A stretch of DNA of 55,842 nucleotides from an uncultured Mycoplasmatota bacterium (GCA_900552235.1 URYZ01000002.1:1-55842), one strand, 5' to 3'. Positions 33,935-43,877 are shown, numbered from the stretch's first letter. Program-made: numbers and translations. The notes: generated by a model not told the origin, from the letters alone.

Positions 33935-36307
33935 TTATTTATCTCTTAATACAGCATTACATTTAGTTGTAACTTCATCAATAATTCTTTTAAATACTTC
34001 CATTACTTCATCTTCTTCAAGTGTTCTTGTATTATCACTAAATGTTAATTTATATGCAATTGATTTTTCATCTTCTTTTACATTAGTACCTGTATATACA
34101 TCAAATACTTCAATATTAGTAAGAAGTCTAGACCCTGCATGCTTTATTACATCATATAATGCTTTTTGTTCTACATCTTTTTTTATTATAAAAGCAACAT
34201 CTTTTACTATTTCAGGATAAATACTTGCTTCTTTAAACTTTATAGGCTTTACATTCATCATAATATCTTTAAGTGATATTTCACATACATAAATATCATC
34301 TTTTTTAATACTTGGATGAACTTTACCTATAATTCCTACTTCTTTTTTATCTACAAGTATTCTTGCTCCAATTTTAGGATGTATATCATTAATACTATCT
34401 TTTTCAAAACTATATCTATTTTTAAGACCTACATAATCTAAAATATTTTCTATTATTCCTTTTATTAAATAAAAATCTACTTTTAAACTATTACTATTCC
34501 ATGAAGTGGTAACTAAATTACCTTTCATTAAAATAGTTAATAGCGTGTCTTCGTTATAATTTTCATCATATACTTTACTTATTTCATAAATACAAATATT
34601 ATCTTGCTTTCTTGCTTTATTATAATCATATATATTTAATAACGAAGGAATTAAACTTGTTCTTACAACACTTTTATCTATACTCATTGGATTAGGTAAA
34701 TATATATTTTTAATATCTTTATATTTAAAGCTATCTGCCATTTCTATCGAAGTTAAAGTATATGTTTTTACTTCATTAAGTCCTAAAGTTCTACATCTTT
34801 TACTTATATCTTTTCTAAATTTAACATCTTTTTCATAACCACCTTGTTTTATTTCTAATTTAGGAAGAGTTGATTTTAAATTATGATAACCATAAAGTCT
34901 ACCTATTTCTTCTGCTAAATCATTAACAAATGGATCAATATCTAGTCTTCTGTTAGGAATAGTACAAGTAAATATACCATCTTCTAAAGTATATTTAAAA
35001 TCTAATCTATCAAGTTCTTTTTCCATATCTGAAGTACTTATATCAATACCTAACATTTTATTAATATCATCTTTTTTAAATGTAACTACTTTTGGTGTTT
35101 TATCAATATTATCATACATTACTATACCATCATATATTTTAGCATTAGCATATTTTTCTAATAAGTGACAAGCTCTATTAAGGGCAAGAAGTGTATATTC
35201 ATAGTTAAGTCCTTTACCAAATCTTACTGAAGCCTCACTTCTTAAATTCAATCTATTAGCAGTATTTCTTATACTTACATTATCAAATATAGCACTTTCA
35301 ATTAAGATATTTTTTGTAGTATTTTCTACTTCAGTAGCCATACCTCCCATTACTCCCGCGATAGAAATAGGTTTTACACCATCAGTTATAACAATATCAT
35401 TACTTGTTAATGTTCTTTCTTTATTATCTAAAGTTATAATTTTTTCATTTTCTTTAGCATTTCTTACTTCAATAAATTTACCTATACTATCATAATCATA
35501 AAAATGAAGAGGTTGTCCAAATTCTAACATAACATAATTAGAAATATCAACAACATTATTTATACTTCTCATTCCAACGCTTTCAAGACGTTTTTTAATA
35601 AAATCTGGGCTTTCTTTTATTTCAACATCTTTAACTAATTTAGTTAAGAAATAAGGACATTTTGAAGTATTTACTGTTAAATTTATTAAATTATTACAAG
35701 ATTTATCTAAAACTTTATAACTTGTATCAGGAAGAGTAACTTTTTTATTTAAAATTGTACCTATTTCATAAGCAAATCCTATATGATAATAGCAATCATT
35801 ATTTCTATGTTTATGAACATCAAGTTCATATAATGTATCATCTAATCCTAAATACTTAAGTGGATCTTCTCCTACTACAGCATCACTATTTAATTCACAA
35901 ATTCCTTTATTATAGTTTTCTTCAGTTTTTTCTTCTATTCCAAGTTCAAATAAAGCACAAATCATTCCATTTGATTCTACGCCTCTTATTTTTCCTTTTT
36001 TAATAACATTGTTACCTGGCAAAACACACCCATCTTTAGCTACGATAACTTTAATACCTTGTCTTACATTTTTTGCACCACATACTATTTGTAATGTTTC
36101 ATTTCCAATATCAACAAGACATATATGTAAATGATCACTATCTGGATGATTTTCACATGTTAAAACTTCTCCAATTACTAAATTATCTATATGTTTAGTA
36201 ACTACTTTTTCAACATTAATACCTGCTTGTGTTATTTCTGTTGCTAACTTTTTTAAATCTCTATTTTCTATATCAACATAATCTTTAACCCAATTTAAAC
36301 TAATCAT
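33935..36307 (-). CDS. pheT: phenylalanine--tRNA ligase beta subunit
   Basis: The likely start is MISLNWVKDYV at 36307. It has tRNA-binding, B3/4, B5 and FDX-ACB domains in the usual order, and it follows pheS. Confidence 0.95.
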   Translation of the reverse strand: MISLNWVKDYVDIENRDLKKLATEITQAGINVEKVVTKHIDNLVIGEVLTCENHPDSDHLHICLVDIGNETLQIVCGAKNVRQGIKVIVAKDGCVLPGNNVIKKGKIRGVESNGMICALFELGIEEKTEENYNKGICELNSDAVVGEDPLKYLGLDDTLYELDVHKHRNNDCYYHIGFAYEIGTILNKKVTLPDTSYKVLDKSCNNLINLTVNTSKCPYFLTKLVKDVEIKESPDFIKKRLESVGMRSINNVVDISNYVMLEFGQPLHFYDYDSIGKFIEVRNAKENEKIITLDNKERTLTSNDIVITDGVKPISIAGVMGGMATEVENTTKNILIESAIFDNVSIRNTANRLNLRSEASVRFGKGLNYEYTLLALNRACHLLEKYANAKIYDGIVMYDNIDKTPKVVTFKKDDINKMLGIDISTSDMEKELDRLDFKYTLEDGIFTCTIPNRRLDIDPFVNDLAEEIGRLYGYHNLKSTLPKLEIKQGGYEKDVKFRKDISKRCRTLGLNEVKTYTLTSIEMADSFKYKDIKNIYLPNPMSIDKSVVRTSLIPSLLNIYDYNKARKQDNICIYEISKVYDENYNEDTLLTILMKGNLVTTSWNSNSLKVDFYLIKGIIENILDYVGLKNRYSFEKDSINDIHPKIGARILVDKKEVGIIGKVHPSIKKDDIYVCEISLKDIMMNVKPIKFKEASIYPEIVKDVAFIIKKDVEQKALYDVIKHAGSRLLTNIEVFDVYTGTNVKEDEKSIAYKLTFSDNTRTLEEDEVMEVFKRIIDEVTTKCNAVLRDK

Positions 36308-36308
36308 A

Positions 36309-37340
36309 TTAATCCTCCCTTTTATCAAATGGTGATACTTCTCTTAAATCTGTTTGATAGAATGTTCTTATATCATTTATACCATATTTAAGCATTGCAA
36401 GACGTTCTGCTCCAAACCCAAATGCAAATCCTGTCCAACTATTTGGATCATAACCACAGTTTTTTAAGACATTTGGATGTACAATTCCTGCTCCTGCTAC
36501 AGTTATCCAACCTGTATTTTTACATAAAGAACAACCTTTTCCATGACATGCAAAACAACTAATATCAGTTTCTACACTTGGTTCAGTAAACTGATAATAA
36601 CTTGGTCTAAATCTAGTTTCACAACTCTCTCCAAATAAATGTTTAAATATAACATCCATTGTTCCTTTAAGGTCTGATAAACTTATTTCTTTATCTACTA
36701 CTAAACCTTCAATTTGCATAAATTGATGTGAATGTGTTGCATCATCATCATCTCTTCTGTAAGTTTTTCCAGGACAAATCATTCTAATAGGTTTTTTCCC
36801 TTCATACTTTAACATTGTTCTTGCTTGAACTGGAGATGTTTGACTTCTAAGTAAGATTTCATCATCTTTTATATAAAATGTATCTTGTGCATCCCTTGCA
36901 GGATGTCCTTTTGGAATATTTAATAATTCAAAATTAAATTTATCCTCTTCAATTTCAGGACCATCCAAAACATCATAACCCATTGAAATAAATACAGTTT
37001 CAATATCTTCAACTAATTTTTCTAAAATATTAGGTGAACCACTTGTTATTTTAGTTCCAGGAAGTGTTATATCTATTTGTTCTTTATTTAACTCTTCATT
37101 TAATTTTTCTTCCTCTAAAACTTTTTGTTTTTCCATAAATAAAGTATTAAAATGATTTCTAATATCATTAACCATCATTCCATAACTTTTTTTATCAACT
37201 GCTTCTTTTATCCCATTTTGTAAAATAGTAATAATCCCTGTTTTACCTAAATATAAAACCTTAATTTCATTTAAAGATTTTAAATCATTAACATTACTAA
37301 TTTTATTACTTATTTCATTTTTTATTTCATCAATATTCAT
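36309..37340 (-). CDS. pheS: phenylalanine--tRNA ligase alpha subunit
   Basis: It has class II motifs (HPARDAQDTFY, FRPSYYQFTEPS, GFAFGFGAERLAMLKYGI) and a Phe T-box leader upstream. Confidence 0.95.
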   Translation of the reverse strand: MNIDEIKNEISNKISNVNDLKSLNEIKVLYLGKTGIITILQNGIKEAVDKKSYGMMVNDIRNHFNTLFMEKQKVLEEEKLNEELNKEQIDITLPGTKITSGSPNILEKLVEDIETVFISMGYDVLDGPEIEEDKFNFELLNIPKGHPARDAQDTFYIKDDEILLRSQTSPVQARTMLKYEGKKPIRMICPGKTYRRDDDDATHSHQFMQIEGLVVDKEISLSDLKGTMDVIFKHLFGESCETRFRPSYYQFTEPSVETDISCFACHGKGCSLCKNTGWITVAGAGIVHPNVLKNCGYDPNSWTGFAFGFGAERLAMLKYGINDIRTFYQTDLREVSPFDKRED

Positions 37341-37344
37341 AAAA

Positions 37345-37561
37345 ATCCTCCTTCATAAAATAAAAAAGGTAATACCAAAGGACGAATTATTTCGTGGTAC
37401 CACCTTATTTCATAAGTATAACTTATCTTAAACCTTTAACGCAGGTAACGATAAAGCTAAAGAGTGAATTCATAAGATATTACTTAGAAGTTTACACCAA
37501 CCACTTCTTCTCTTAAAGTAATACTTCTTATTACTATTTTCTTATTATCGCTTTTTCTTAT
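37345..37561 (-). promoter_or_regulatory. T-box riboswitch leader, specifier TTC (Phe)
   Basis: On the minus strand I read AAGAGAAG, the distal-loop GGTGTAAAC, the specifier context GAA-TTC-A (TTC at 37468-37466), and the T-box sequence AAGGTGGTACCACG. A terminator and T-run lie before the pheS SD. Confidence 0.85.
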
Positions 37562-37567
37562 GTATTG

Positions 37568-37596
37568 AGTATACTATTAAATTAAGAAAAATTCAA
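37568..37596 (-). promoter_or_regulatory. promoter TTGAAT - 17 nt - TATACT for the pheST leader
   Basis: The -35 is at 37596-37591 and the -10 at 37573-37568 on the minus strand. Confidence 0.55.
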
Positions 37597-37614
37597 GATG
37601 TTTACTTAAGTTTT

Positions 37615-39063
37615 TTAAATTCCAAGAATATATGGATTACTACTTGTTCCATCTCCACCAGTTATTTTAACATCTGTTTTTAAATATAATGTTGGTCTAA
37701 CATCAAGATTTAAAATAGCTGTATAATTAGAATTAGTACCAGTATAATTATTAATCATCCCTTCATCACGCAACATATAAACATGCCCTTCATAACTCGA
37801 ATTTTGTGGTAATAGCCATTCTTTCCATGAGGCAAGAGGATTAGTATTTTTATTATATAACCAATTTGTATCATTACATACTCTTATATCATCGTTTGAT
37901 GCATTTTTATTATATAATTTTTTTGTTTCACAATTAGCGCTTGCGTATCCATAGTCACTTGCATACATAAGAGCCACTTTTCCAACCCAACTATTTGGAT
38001 TTGTTCCACGATAATATGTACTCCCACTTATTTTCCTTTCATATTGATATATTTGCTCAACAGTTACTAAATATTCACTTACATAGCCTCCTAAATAATA
38101 CTTTGATTCAGCCACATAATTTGAATTTGATAAATTATTATAATATGTATTATTTAAATATACATTTAAAGTTGCATTTACCCAATTATTTCTACCGTTA
38201 TTATCCCATGTTTTCTTTCCTATACTTTGATCTTTTATTAATTTTATTCTATTTTCTATCTTACCTGTTCCATCATCTGTTGGAAAAACACCAATTATTC
38301 TCCATGTTTCTCCATTAAATGTTACATAGTTTTTGGGATTTGCTCCCCTATATCTATATTCTATTATACTTTCTGTTGCTCCTATTTGAAGTGTACTATC
38401 AGCAGGATGTGTTATGGTGTAAAGTCCACTATTATCTTTATTATCTGTTAATGCTATTAAAGTATCAGTAGCAGGAGGAATAAATGGTGTTTCAACACTT
38501 ACTTTAAACTTAACATTACCTCCTATAATAGTTTGATGTGTTCCTCCTGCTTCAAATATATTTGTTTTAGGACTTATCCATGATGTTAAGCTATATTCAT
38601 GTGTTTCTGTTGCATTTGTAAATGTATTAGTACATAATACATAACTATTTTCATATTTATATTTATCTAAATCTGTTATAAAAGATGGTCCATAAACTAT
38701 ATTTTTTGTTTTATTATTTAAATATACTTTACCTTTATCTATATTATTTAAATACTCAATATCCATAGTTAAATATACTATATAATTAATATCTTTATTA
38801 GTTGTATTATTTACACTTACTTTAAAATTAAATACATTACCACTTGCAATACCTTCTTCATCTGTTTTTAAAGTATCTCCCGTTACATTAATATTATTAG
38901 TTTCTTCATAAGTTAAAGTAAGTGATCCTATATTAATTTGATGCTGTTTATTTCCTCTTAAAACAAGATTATAAGTAGCATAACTTACTCCTACCATTAA
39001 ACATAATATTAATGTAATATATAAAGTTAATTTTATATTTTTTATTTTCTTATTCTCTTCCAT
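37615..39063 (-). CDS. secreted paralog-family protein, copy 3, with an extra ~170-aa N-terminal module
   Basis: The signal/TM segment ends in GVSYATYNLVL and is followed by INIGSLTLTY (camelysin/SipW-substrate-like). An Asn/Thr-rich module comes next, then the shared core (DNSGLYTITHPADSTLQIG...RYRGANPKNYVTFNGETWRIIGVFPTDDGTGKIENRIKL...VRPTLYLK...GGDGTSSNPY). Confidence 0.8.
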   Translation of the reverse strand: MEENKKIKNIKLTLYITLILCLMVGVSYATYNLVLRGNKQHQINIGSLTLTYEETNNINVTGDTLKTDEEGIASGNVFNFKVSVNNTTNKDINYIVYLTMDIEYLNNIDKGKVYLNNKTKNIVYGPSFITDLDKYKYENSYVLCTNTFTNATETHEYSLTSWISPKTNIFEAGGTHQTIIGGNVKFKVSVETPFIPPATDTLIALTDNKDNSGLYTITHPADSTLQIGATESIIEYRYRGANPKNYVTFNGETWRIIGVFPTDDGTGKIENRIKLIKDQSIGKKTWDNNGRNNWVNATLNVYLNNTYYNNLSNSNYVAESKYYLGGYVSEYLVTVEQIYQYERKISGSTYYRGTNPNSWVGKVALMYASDYGYASANCETKKLYNKNASNDDIRVCNDTNWLYNKNTNPLASWKEWLLPQNSSYEGHVYMLRDEGMINNYTGTNSNYTAILNLDVRPTLYLKTDVKITGGDGTSSNPYILGI

Positions 39064-39120
39064 ATATCATCCCTCTTAATTATCTACTTATATCTTACAA
39101 CAAAAAAAAGACTTTGTCTA

Positions 39121-39978
39121 TTAAAATAGGAACAAAGGCTTCATTTTTTTACTATCTTTTTCGTAAACTTTATATGCTACGAGTAATTTATTATTCTTTG
39201 TAAATAAAACTATATCTTCATTATATATATTATCTATAATACAACCATTCAATACTTTCTTTTCTAAAATATCATCTACTTCTACTTTTTTATAATTTAA
39301 AATACTATTTATATCACAAAACTTATAATTATCATTTTTTATATCTTCAATTGTATAACTTTTTTTTATATCAAAATCATCTATTTTTATTCTTTTTAAA
39401 CTACTCATACACATTGGTATATTAGTTACTTTACTTAAATCATTAATAAAACTTCTTATATAAAAACCTTTACTTACTTTTATAGTAAAACATAAATAAC
39501 TATAATTATTTTCACTTTTCATATAAATATCATATATATCATATATAGTAACTTCTTTTTTAGGTAAAATAACTTCTTCATTATTTCTAGCATATTCATA
39601 TAATCTTTTACCATTTACTTTAACAGCACTGTAAATAGGCACTTCTTGCATATATGTTTTTTCAAAAGATAATAAACTATTAATTAAATAATATTTATTA
39701 ACAATAATCTCTTTATTACATACTATCTTACCTGTTATATCATAAGTAGTAGTAGATGTTCCTACAAGTACTTCTACTTCATAAGTTTTATCCTCTTTAG
39801 GAAACAATTTTTGTATTTTAGTATATTTACCTATTCCTATGACTAATAAGCCTGTTGCTAAAGGATCAAGAGTTCCAAAATGACCTACCTTTTTAGTATT
39901 AAATTTCTTACTAATTATATTTACTACATCTCTACTTGTATAATTTTTATCTTTATTTATAAGTAATAACTCATTCAT
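39121..39978 (-). CDS. truB: tRNA pseudouridine(55) synthase
   Basis: It has the GHFGTLDPLATGLLVIGIG catalytic-Asp motif and a PUA-like C-terminus. Confidence 0.9.
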   Translation of the reverse strand: MNELLLINKDKNYTSRDVVNIISKKFNTKKVGHFGTLDPLATGLLVIGIGKYTKIQKLFPKEDKTYEVEVLVGTSTTTYDITGKIVCNKEIIVNKYYLINSLLSFEKTYMQEVPIYSAVKVNGKRLYEYARNNEEVILPKKEVTIYDIYDIYMKSENNYSYLCFTIKVSKGFYIRSFINDLSKVTNIPMCMSSLKRIKIDDFDIKKSYTIEDIKNDNYKFCDINSILNYKKVEVDDILEKKVLNGCIIDNIYNEDIVLFTKNNKLLVAYKVYEKDSKKMKPLFLF

Positions 39979-40006
39979 ATAAACGCCATCCTTTTATTTT
40001 TATTTT

Positions 40007-40043
40007 AATATAAACTGAACACCTTAGGTGTTCAGTTTATATT
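40007..40043. other. perfect 17-bp palindromic hairpin (AATATAAACTGAACACC TTA GGTGTTCAGTTTATATT)
   Basis: It lies between the DUF368 gene and truB. No proper T-run follows on the minus strand, so it is only possibly a terminator. Confidence 0.5.
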
Positions 40044-40060
40044 ATTTCATAATATTATTC

Positions 40061-40924
40061 TTATTCTTTATCAATAGCTCTTGCCAACATATATCCCCAA
40101 CAAAGAGCAAATAAACTTGTTGCTACATTAATAAATGTAAATTTAAAATCTGTTAACTGAAGAAGTAATACTACAACTGATGACAAAACAAATCCCATAA
40201 TAGCAAAATATGTTTTTGTTTCATATTTTTTTATTAAATTAGTAATAAGCTTAGCCATAAATACTATTCCTATTATTACACCTATTCCAAAAGGAACAAG
40301 AATTAATAAATTACTTCCTAATTTACTAAAATCTGTTATTGTAGATACTGTATAAATTATCTTATCATAATAACCTAAAACCATTAAAATAAATGAACCA
40401 CTTATCCCAGGAATTACCATTGCAGAACTTGCTATAAATCCCATAAGTAATAAAAGTAAATAATCTATTATTCCCATATTAGTAAATGATATTTCTATTA
40501 AACCTGTTTTTAAAAAATTTAAAGAAATAACAAAGAAAAAAATAACAAAAAATATCAAATAATTTATTTTACTTCCTTTTCCTTTTATTTTTCTCATAAT
40601 TAATGATACTCCACCAAATATAAGTCCAATAAATAAACATAATGTTTGTGCTTTATAATTAGTTAAAGCATATGTAACAAGTTTACTTGTTGATACAATT
40701 GCTACTAAAATACCAAGAATTATAGGTAAAAGTTTTATAAAATTACCTTTTATATCTTTAAAAAAATTCCCAATTGATGAGAGTATAAGTTCATATAATC
40801 CCATAGATACTGCCATTGTTCCTCCAGAAACACCTGGAATAACATTAGCTATTCCTAAAATAAAGCCCTTAATAAAATTAATTAATCCAATTTTAACTGG
40901 ATTATCTTTACTTACAACACCCAT
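40061..40924 (-). CDS. DUF368-family membrane protein (PopT-type undecaprenyl-phosphate translocase family)
   Basis: The duplicated signature IPGVSGGTMAVSMGLYE ... IPGISGSFILMVLGYY and its polytopic topology are characteristic of DUF368. Confidence 0.7.
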   Translation of the reverse strand: MGVVSKDNPVKIGLINFIKGFILGIANVIPGVSGGTMAVSMGLYELILSSIGNFFKDIKGNFIKLLPIILGILVAIVSTSKLVTYALTNYKAQTLCLFIGLIFGGVSLIMRKIKGKGSKINYLIFFVIFFFVISLNFLKTGLIEISFTNMGIIDYLLLLLMGFIASSAMVIPGISGSFILMVLGYYDKIIYTVSTITDFSKLGSNLLILVPFGIGVIIGIVFMAKLITNLIKKYETKTYFAIMGFVLSSVVVLLLQLTDFKFTFINVATSLFALCWGYMLARAIDKE

Positions 40925-40925
40925 C

Positions 40926-41189
40926 TTATAAATCCTCCATAAACCATAATTTTAATTTATATGTTGTTCTTAAACCCTCATCTACTTTAATAATTTTATA
41001 AATAATATTATCATATTTTGTTACTTCAATATTATTACCATTTTGTTTTGTTTTATATGTTTCTTTTTTAACCACATATATTGGATTTTTTTTATTTGTT
41101 ATATTTTGAAAATTAAAATACCCTAAAATAAACCAAAAAACAAGTAATAATATTATTGTTGAAAAAATAACTCCAAATAATTTTTTCAT
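40926..41189 (-). CDS. small membrane-anchored protein, unknown function
   Basis: This 87-aa protein has a single N-terminal TM segment. It lies 1 nt upstream of the DUF368 gene. Confidence 0.5.
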   Translation of the reverse strand: MKKLFGVIFSTIILLLVFWFILGYFNFQNITNKKNPIYVVKKETYKTKQNGNNIEVTKYDNIIYKIIKVDEGLRTTYKLKLWFMEDL

Positions 41190-41303
41190 AATTTCACCTA
41201 CTTACATTTATAATTTTATCATACATATTTTAAGATGTAAACAAAAGAAAAAAACATGTTTAGAATATACAATAAAAATTAATTTAAGTAAGATAATATA
41301 ATA

Positions 41304-41336
41304 AAAAACGTAAGAGTTTTAAACTTTTACGTTTTT
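41304..41336 (-). terminator. rho-independent terminator after the TM2-domain gene
   Basis: The stem is AAAAACGTAAAAG / CTCTTACGTTTTT with one mismatch, and it is followed by a T-run on the minus strand. Confidence 0.6.
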
Positions 41337-41349
41337 ATTATAATAACAA

Positions 41350-41682
41350 TTAATCTATTAAATCATTACCAGATGCATCTTTTTTAATATTACCAGTTAA
41401 TATAAGTATTCCTTCGATTAATCCCCAAATAGCACTAACCCAAGAAAGTAAAAATAAACTAAGTAATGTTATTAAAAGTTGTGCTATTGCTTTACCATTA
41501 TATCCAAGATAAAAATTATGAACTCCATAACATCCTAAAAATATACCAAGTATTCCAGCCGTTATTTTTGATTTACCATTTACATTATCAATTTTTTTAT
41601 TTTTTCTTAAATTAACTCCACAATTTAAACATACATCTTGAACATCATTTACTTTTTTACCACAATTAAAACAATAATTCAT
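41350..41682 (-). CDS. zinc-ribbon plus TM2-domain membrane protein
   Basis: The ATG at 41682 follows a GGAGGG SD. It has CFNCG...CLNCG, then GILGIFLGCYGVHNFYLGYNGKAIAQLL (TM2 domain). Confidence 0.75.
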   Translation of the reverse strand: MNYCFNCGKKVNDVQDVCLNCGVNLRKNKKIDNVNGKSKITAGILGIFLGCYGVHNFYLGYNGKAIAQLLITLLSLFLLSWVSAIWGLIEGILILTGNIKKDASGNDLID

Positions 41683-41698
41683 AAATCCCTCCGACAAA

Positions 41699-42289
41699 TT
41701 AATTACATGAAGTACATACATCATCTAATAATTCATTTATATTTTTTCTAAGTTTTTCATTAAATAAATTCTTCTTTTCTTCAGTCCAATATTCACTTGG
41801 TACTTTATCACTAATTAATGATGTTTCATTATCATTAAATATTATTTTTCCTTCTTTAACAAAAGTTATATTAGGAACAAATATTCTTTTCTTACCTTCT
41901 TCATCATAATTTAAATAATCATTTAAAATACTAACTACTTTTTGGTAAAATTCTGTATTGTTTTTCCTATCTTCTCTTATATTATAATAATATATTTTTT
42001 CTATTCCTTCATTTTTTGCAATTTCATTTAATAAAGGAACATATGCCATACACCAAGGACATTCAGGATAACCCAAATATACTATTCCTATTCCATGTTC
42101 TAAAATATTTATTATTTCATCTTTAGATCTATAAACAAAAACATTGTCTTTACTAACACTAGTATATTCTTTACTAAACTTTATATTATCGGTATTATTA
42201 TCTTTCTTTATAAAAACAAAGTAAACAACTAAACTCGCTATCAAAAGTAATAATACCCCCAAAACTATATATTTAATTTTCTTATCCAT
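41699..42289 (-). CDS. membrane-anchored thioredoxin-fold protein (CPWC active site)
   Basis: It has an N-terminal TM segment and a YLGYPECPWCMAY CxxC motif. It also has a C-terminal CTSC. Confidence 0.7.
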   Translation of the reverse strand: MDKKIKYIVLGVLLLLIASLVVYFVFIKKDNNTDNIKFSKEYTSVSKDNVFVYRSKDEIINILEHGIGIVYLGYPECPWCMAYVPLLNEIAKNEGIEKIYYYNIREDRKNNTEFYQKVVSILNDYLNYDEEGKKRIFVPNITFVKEGKIIFNDNETSLISDKVPSEYWTEEKKNLFNEKLRKNINELLDDVCTSCN

Positions 42290-42413
42290 AATACTTCTTC
42301 CTTTCTAATTATTACTTTCTAAGTATAGCACATATTCCCTATTTATTCAATTTATTTACATAAATTAGATTATTTTTAACATAATAAAATTAGGTTAAAA
42401 GGATGTGATTATT

Positions 42414-43877
42414 ATGGAAAAAATATATAAAGTTTTAGAAGAAAATATTAATAAAATAAAATATGAATATAAGTATTCTAAAGACTTAACATTTAAATAT
42501 TTAAAAATAAACAATTTAAATATATCCCTTGTTTATTTAAATACATTAGCTAGTGATGATGCGATTAATAATTATATTTTAAAAAGTTTAAATGACTTAA
42601 TTAAAACCAAAAAAGAACTTAAATATAAAAATATTTTAACTTATTTTAAGAGTTTTATACCAGGAAGTAATATAAAAGAAGAAGATACTTTTGATAAACT
42701 ATATGATTTAATTGAAAATGGCTTTACTTGTATATTATTTAATGATGAAAAAAAATATATTGCAGTAGAAACTAAAAAAGACTTATCAAGAGCCATAGAT
42801 ACTCCAAAAACAGAACAAACAATATCAGGCCCAAAAGATTCTTTTACCGAAAATTATAATATTAACATTGGGTTAATAAGAAAAAGGATTAAGTCAAAAG
42901 ATTTAATTTTGGAAGAATTTACTATTGGTAATTTAACTAATACCAAAGTTGGTATTTTATATATGGATAATATTATTGAAGATGAGCTTTTAAATGAAGT
43001 TAGAAAAAAATTAAGTGAAATTGAAATAGATGGTATAATTGACGCTAGTTATATAACAGAAATACTAAGTAGTAAAAATATTGTTTTACCTTTAATAACA
43101 GAAACTGAAAGACCTGATTTAGCTACAATGTCACTTCTTGAAGGAAAAGTTTTAATTGCTGTAGATAATTCGCCTTATATGGTAATAATTCCTACCTTCT
43201 TTAGTGATTTATTTAGTGCACCAGAAGACTACTACCAAAGAAGTAAAAATGTTACATTTACAAGAATTATAAGAATAACTGCTTTTTTACTTGCTATTTT
43301 ATTACCAGCCTTTTTTATAGCTATAACAACTTATAATCACGAAACAATACCACTTACATTAATAATTAATTTTGCTGCCCAAAGACAAGGTGTTCCTTTT
43401 CCTTCAATAATAGAAGCACTTTTAATGATTTTAATTTTCGAAATATTAAGAGAAAGTGATATTAGAATGCCAAGTTTAGGAGGAAGTGCTATTTCAATTC
43501 TTGGAGCAATTGTTCTTGGAGATGCCGCTGTTTCAGCAGGAATTGTATCTCCTATTATGGTAATAGTTGTTGCAACAAGTGCTATGTGTAGCTTAATGTT
43601 TTCCCATATTTCAATGGTTAATGCAATTAGATTTTGGCGTATTATTTTTATGTTATTTTCAACTATTTTAGGTTTACCAGGTTTATATTTTTGTATGTTT
43701 TTATTTGTTATATATTTATCTAGTTTAAAATCATTTGGAAAACCTTACCTTTATCCATTTGCTCCATTTAACTTTGAAGGAATAAAAGATACTTTACTTA
43801 AACAAAATATAAAAGAAATAAAAAAAAGAAATCCTCTTCTTACTGATAAAAATATTACAAGGAGTAAAAATCTATGA
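42414..43877 (+). CDS. spore germinant receptor subunit A (GerA family)
   Basis: The GerA-type soluble domain is followed by a TM bundle (FFSDLFSAPEDYYQR, EALLMILIFEILRE.D.RMP). It is the first gene of an A-C-B operon. Confidence 0.9.
   Translation: MEKIYKVLEENINKIKYEYKYSKDLTFKYLKINNLNISLVYLNTLASDDAINNYILKSLNDLIKTKKELKYKNILTYFKSFIPGSNIKEEDTFDKLYDLIENGFTCILFNDEKKYIAVETKKDLSRAIDTPKTEQTISGPKDSFTENYNINIGLIRKRIKSKDLILEEFTIGNLTNTKVGILYMDNIIEDELLNEVRKKLSEIEIDGIIDASYITEILSSKNIVLPLITETERPDLATMSLLEGKVLIAVDNSPYMVIIPTFFSDLFSAPEDYYQRSKNVTFTRIIRITAFLLAILLPAFFIAITTYNHETIPLTLIINFAAQRQGVPFPSIIEALLMILIFEILRESDIRMPSLGGSAISILGAIVLGDAAVSAGIVSPIMVIVVATSAMCSLMFSHISMVNAIRFWRIIFMLFSTILGLPGLYFCMFLFVIYLSSLKSFGKPYLYPFAPFNFEGIKDTLLKQNIKEIKKRNPLLTDKNITRSKNL

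Noticed and set aside
42359-42367. CATAAATTA upstream of the gerA-type operon as a third copy of the sigma-K-like motif.
   Set aside because: Only the 9-mer is shared, not the 14-mer. No AC or G-type -35 lies at the right distance. Germinant receptor operons are normally forespore (sigma-G) genes. A chance occurrence in AT-rich DNA is likely.
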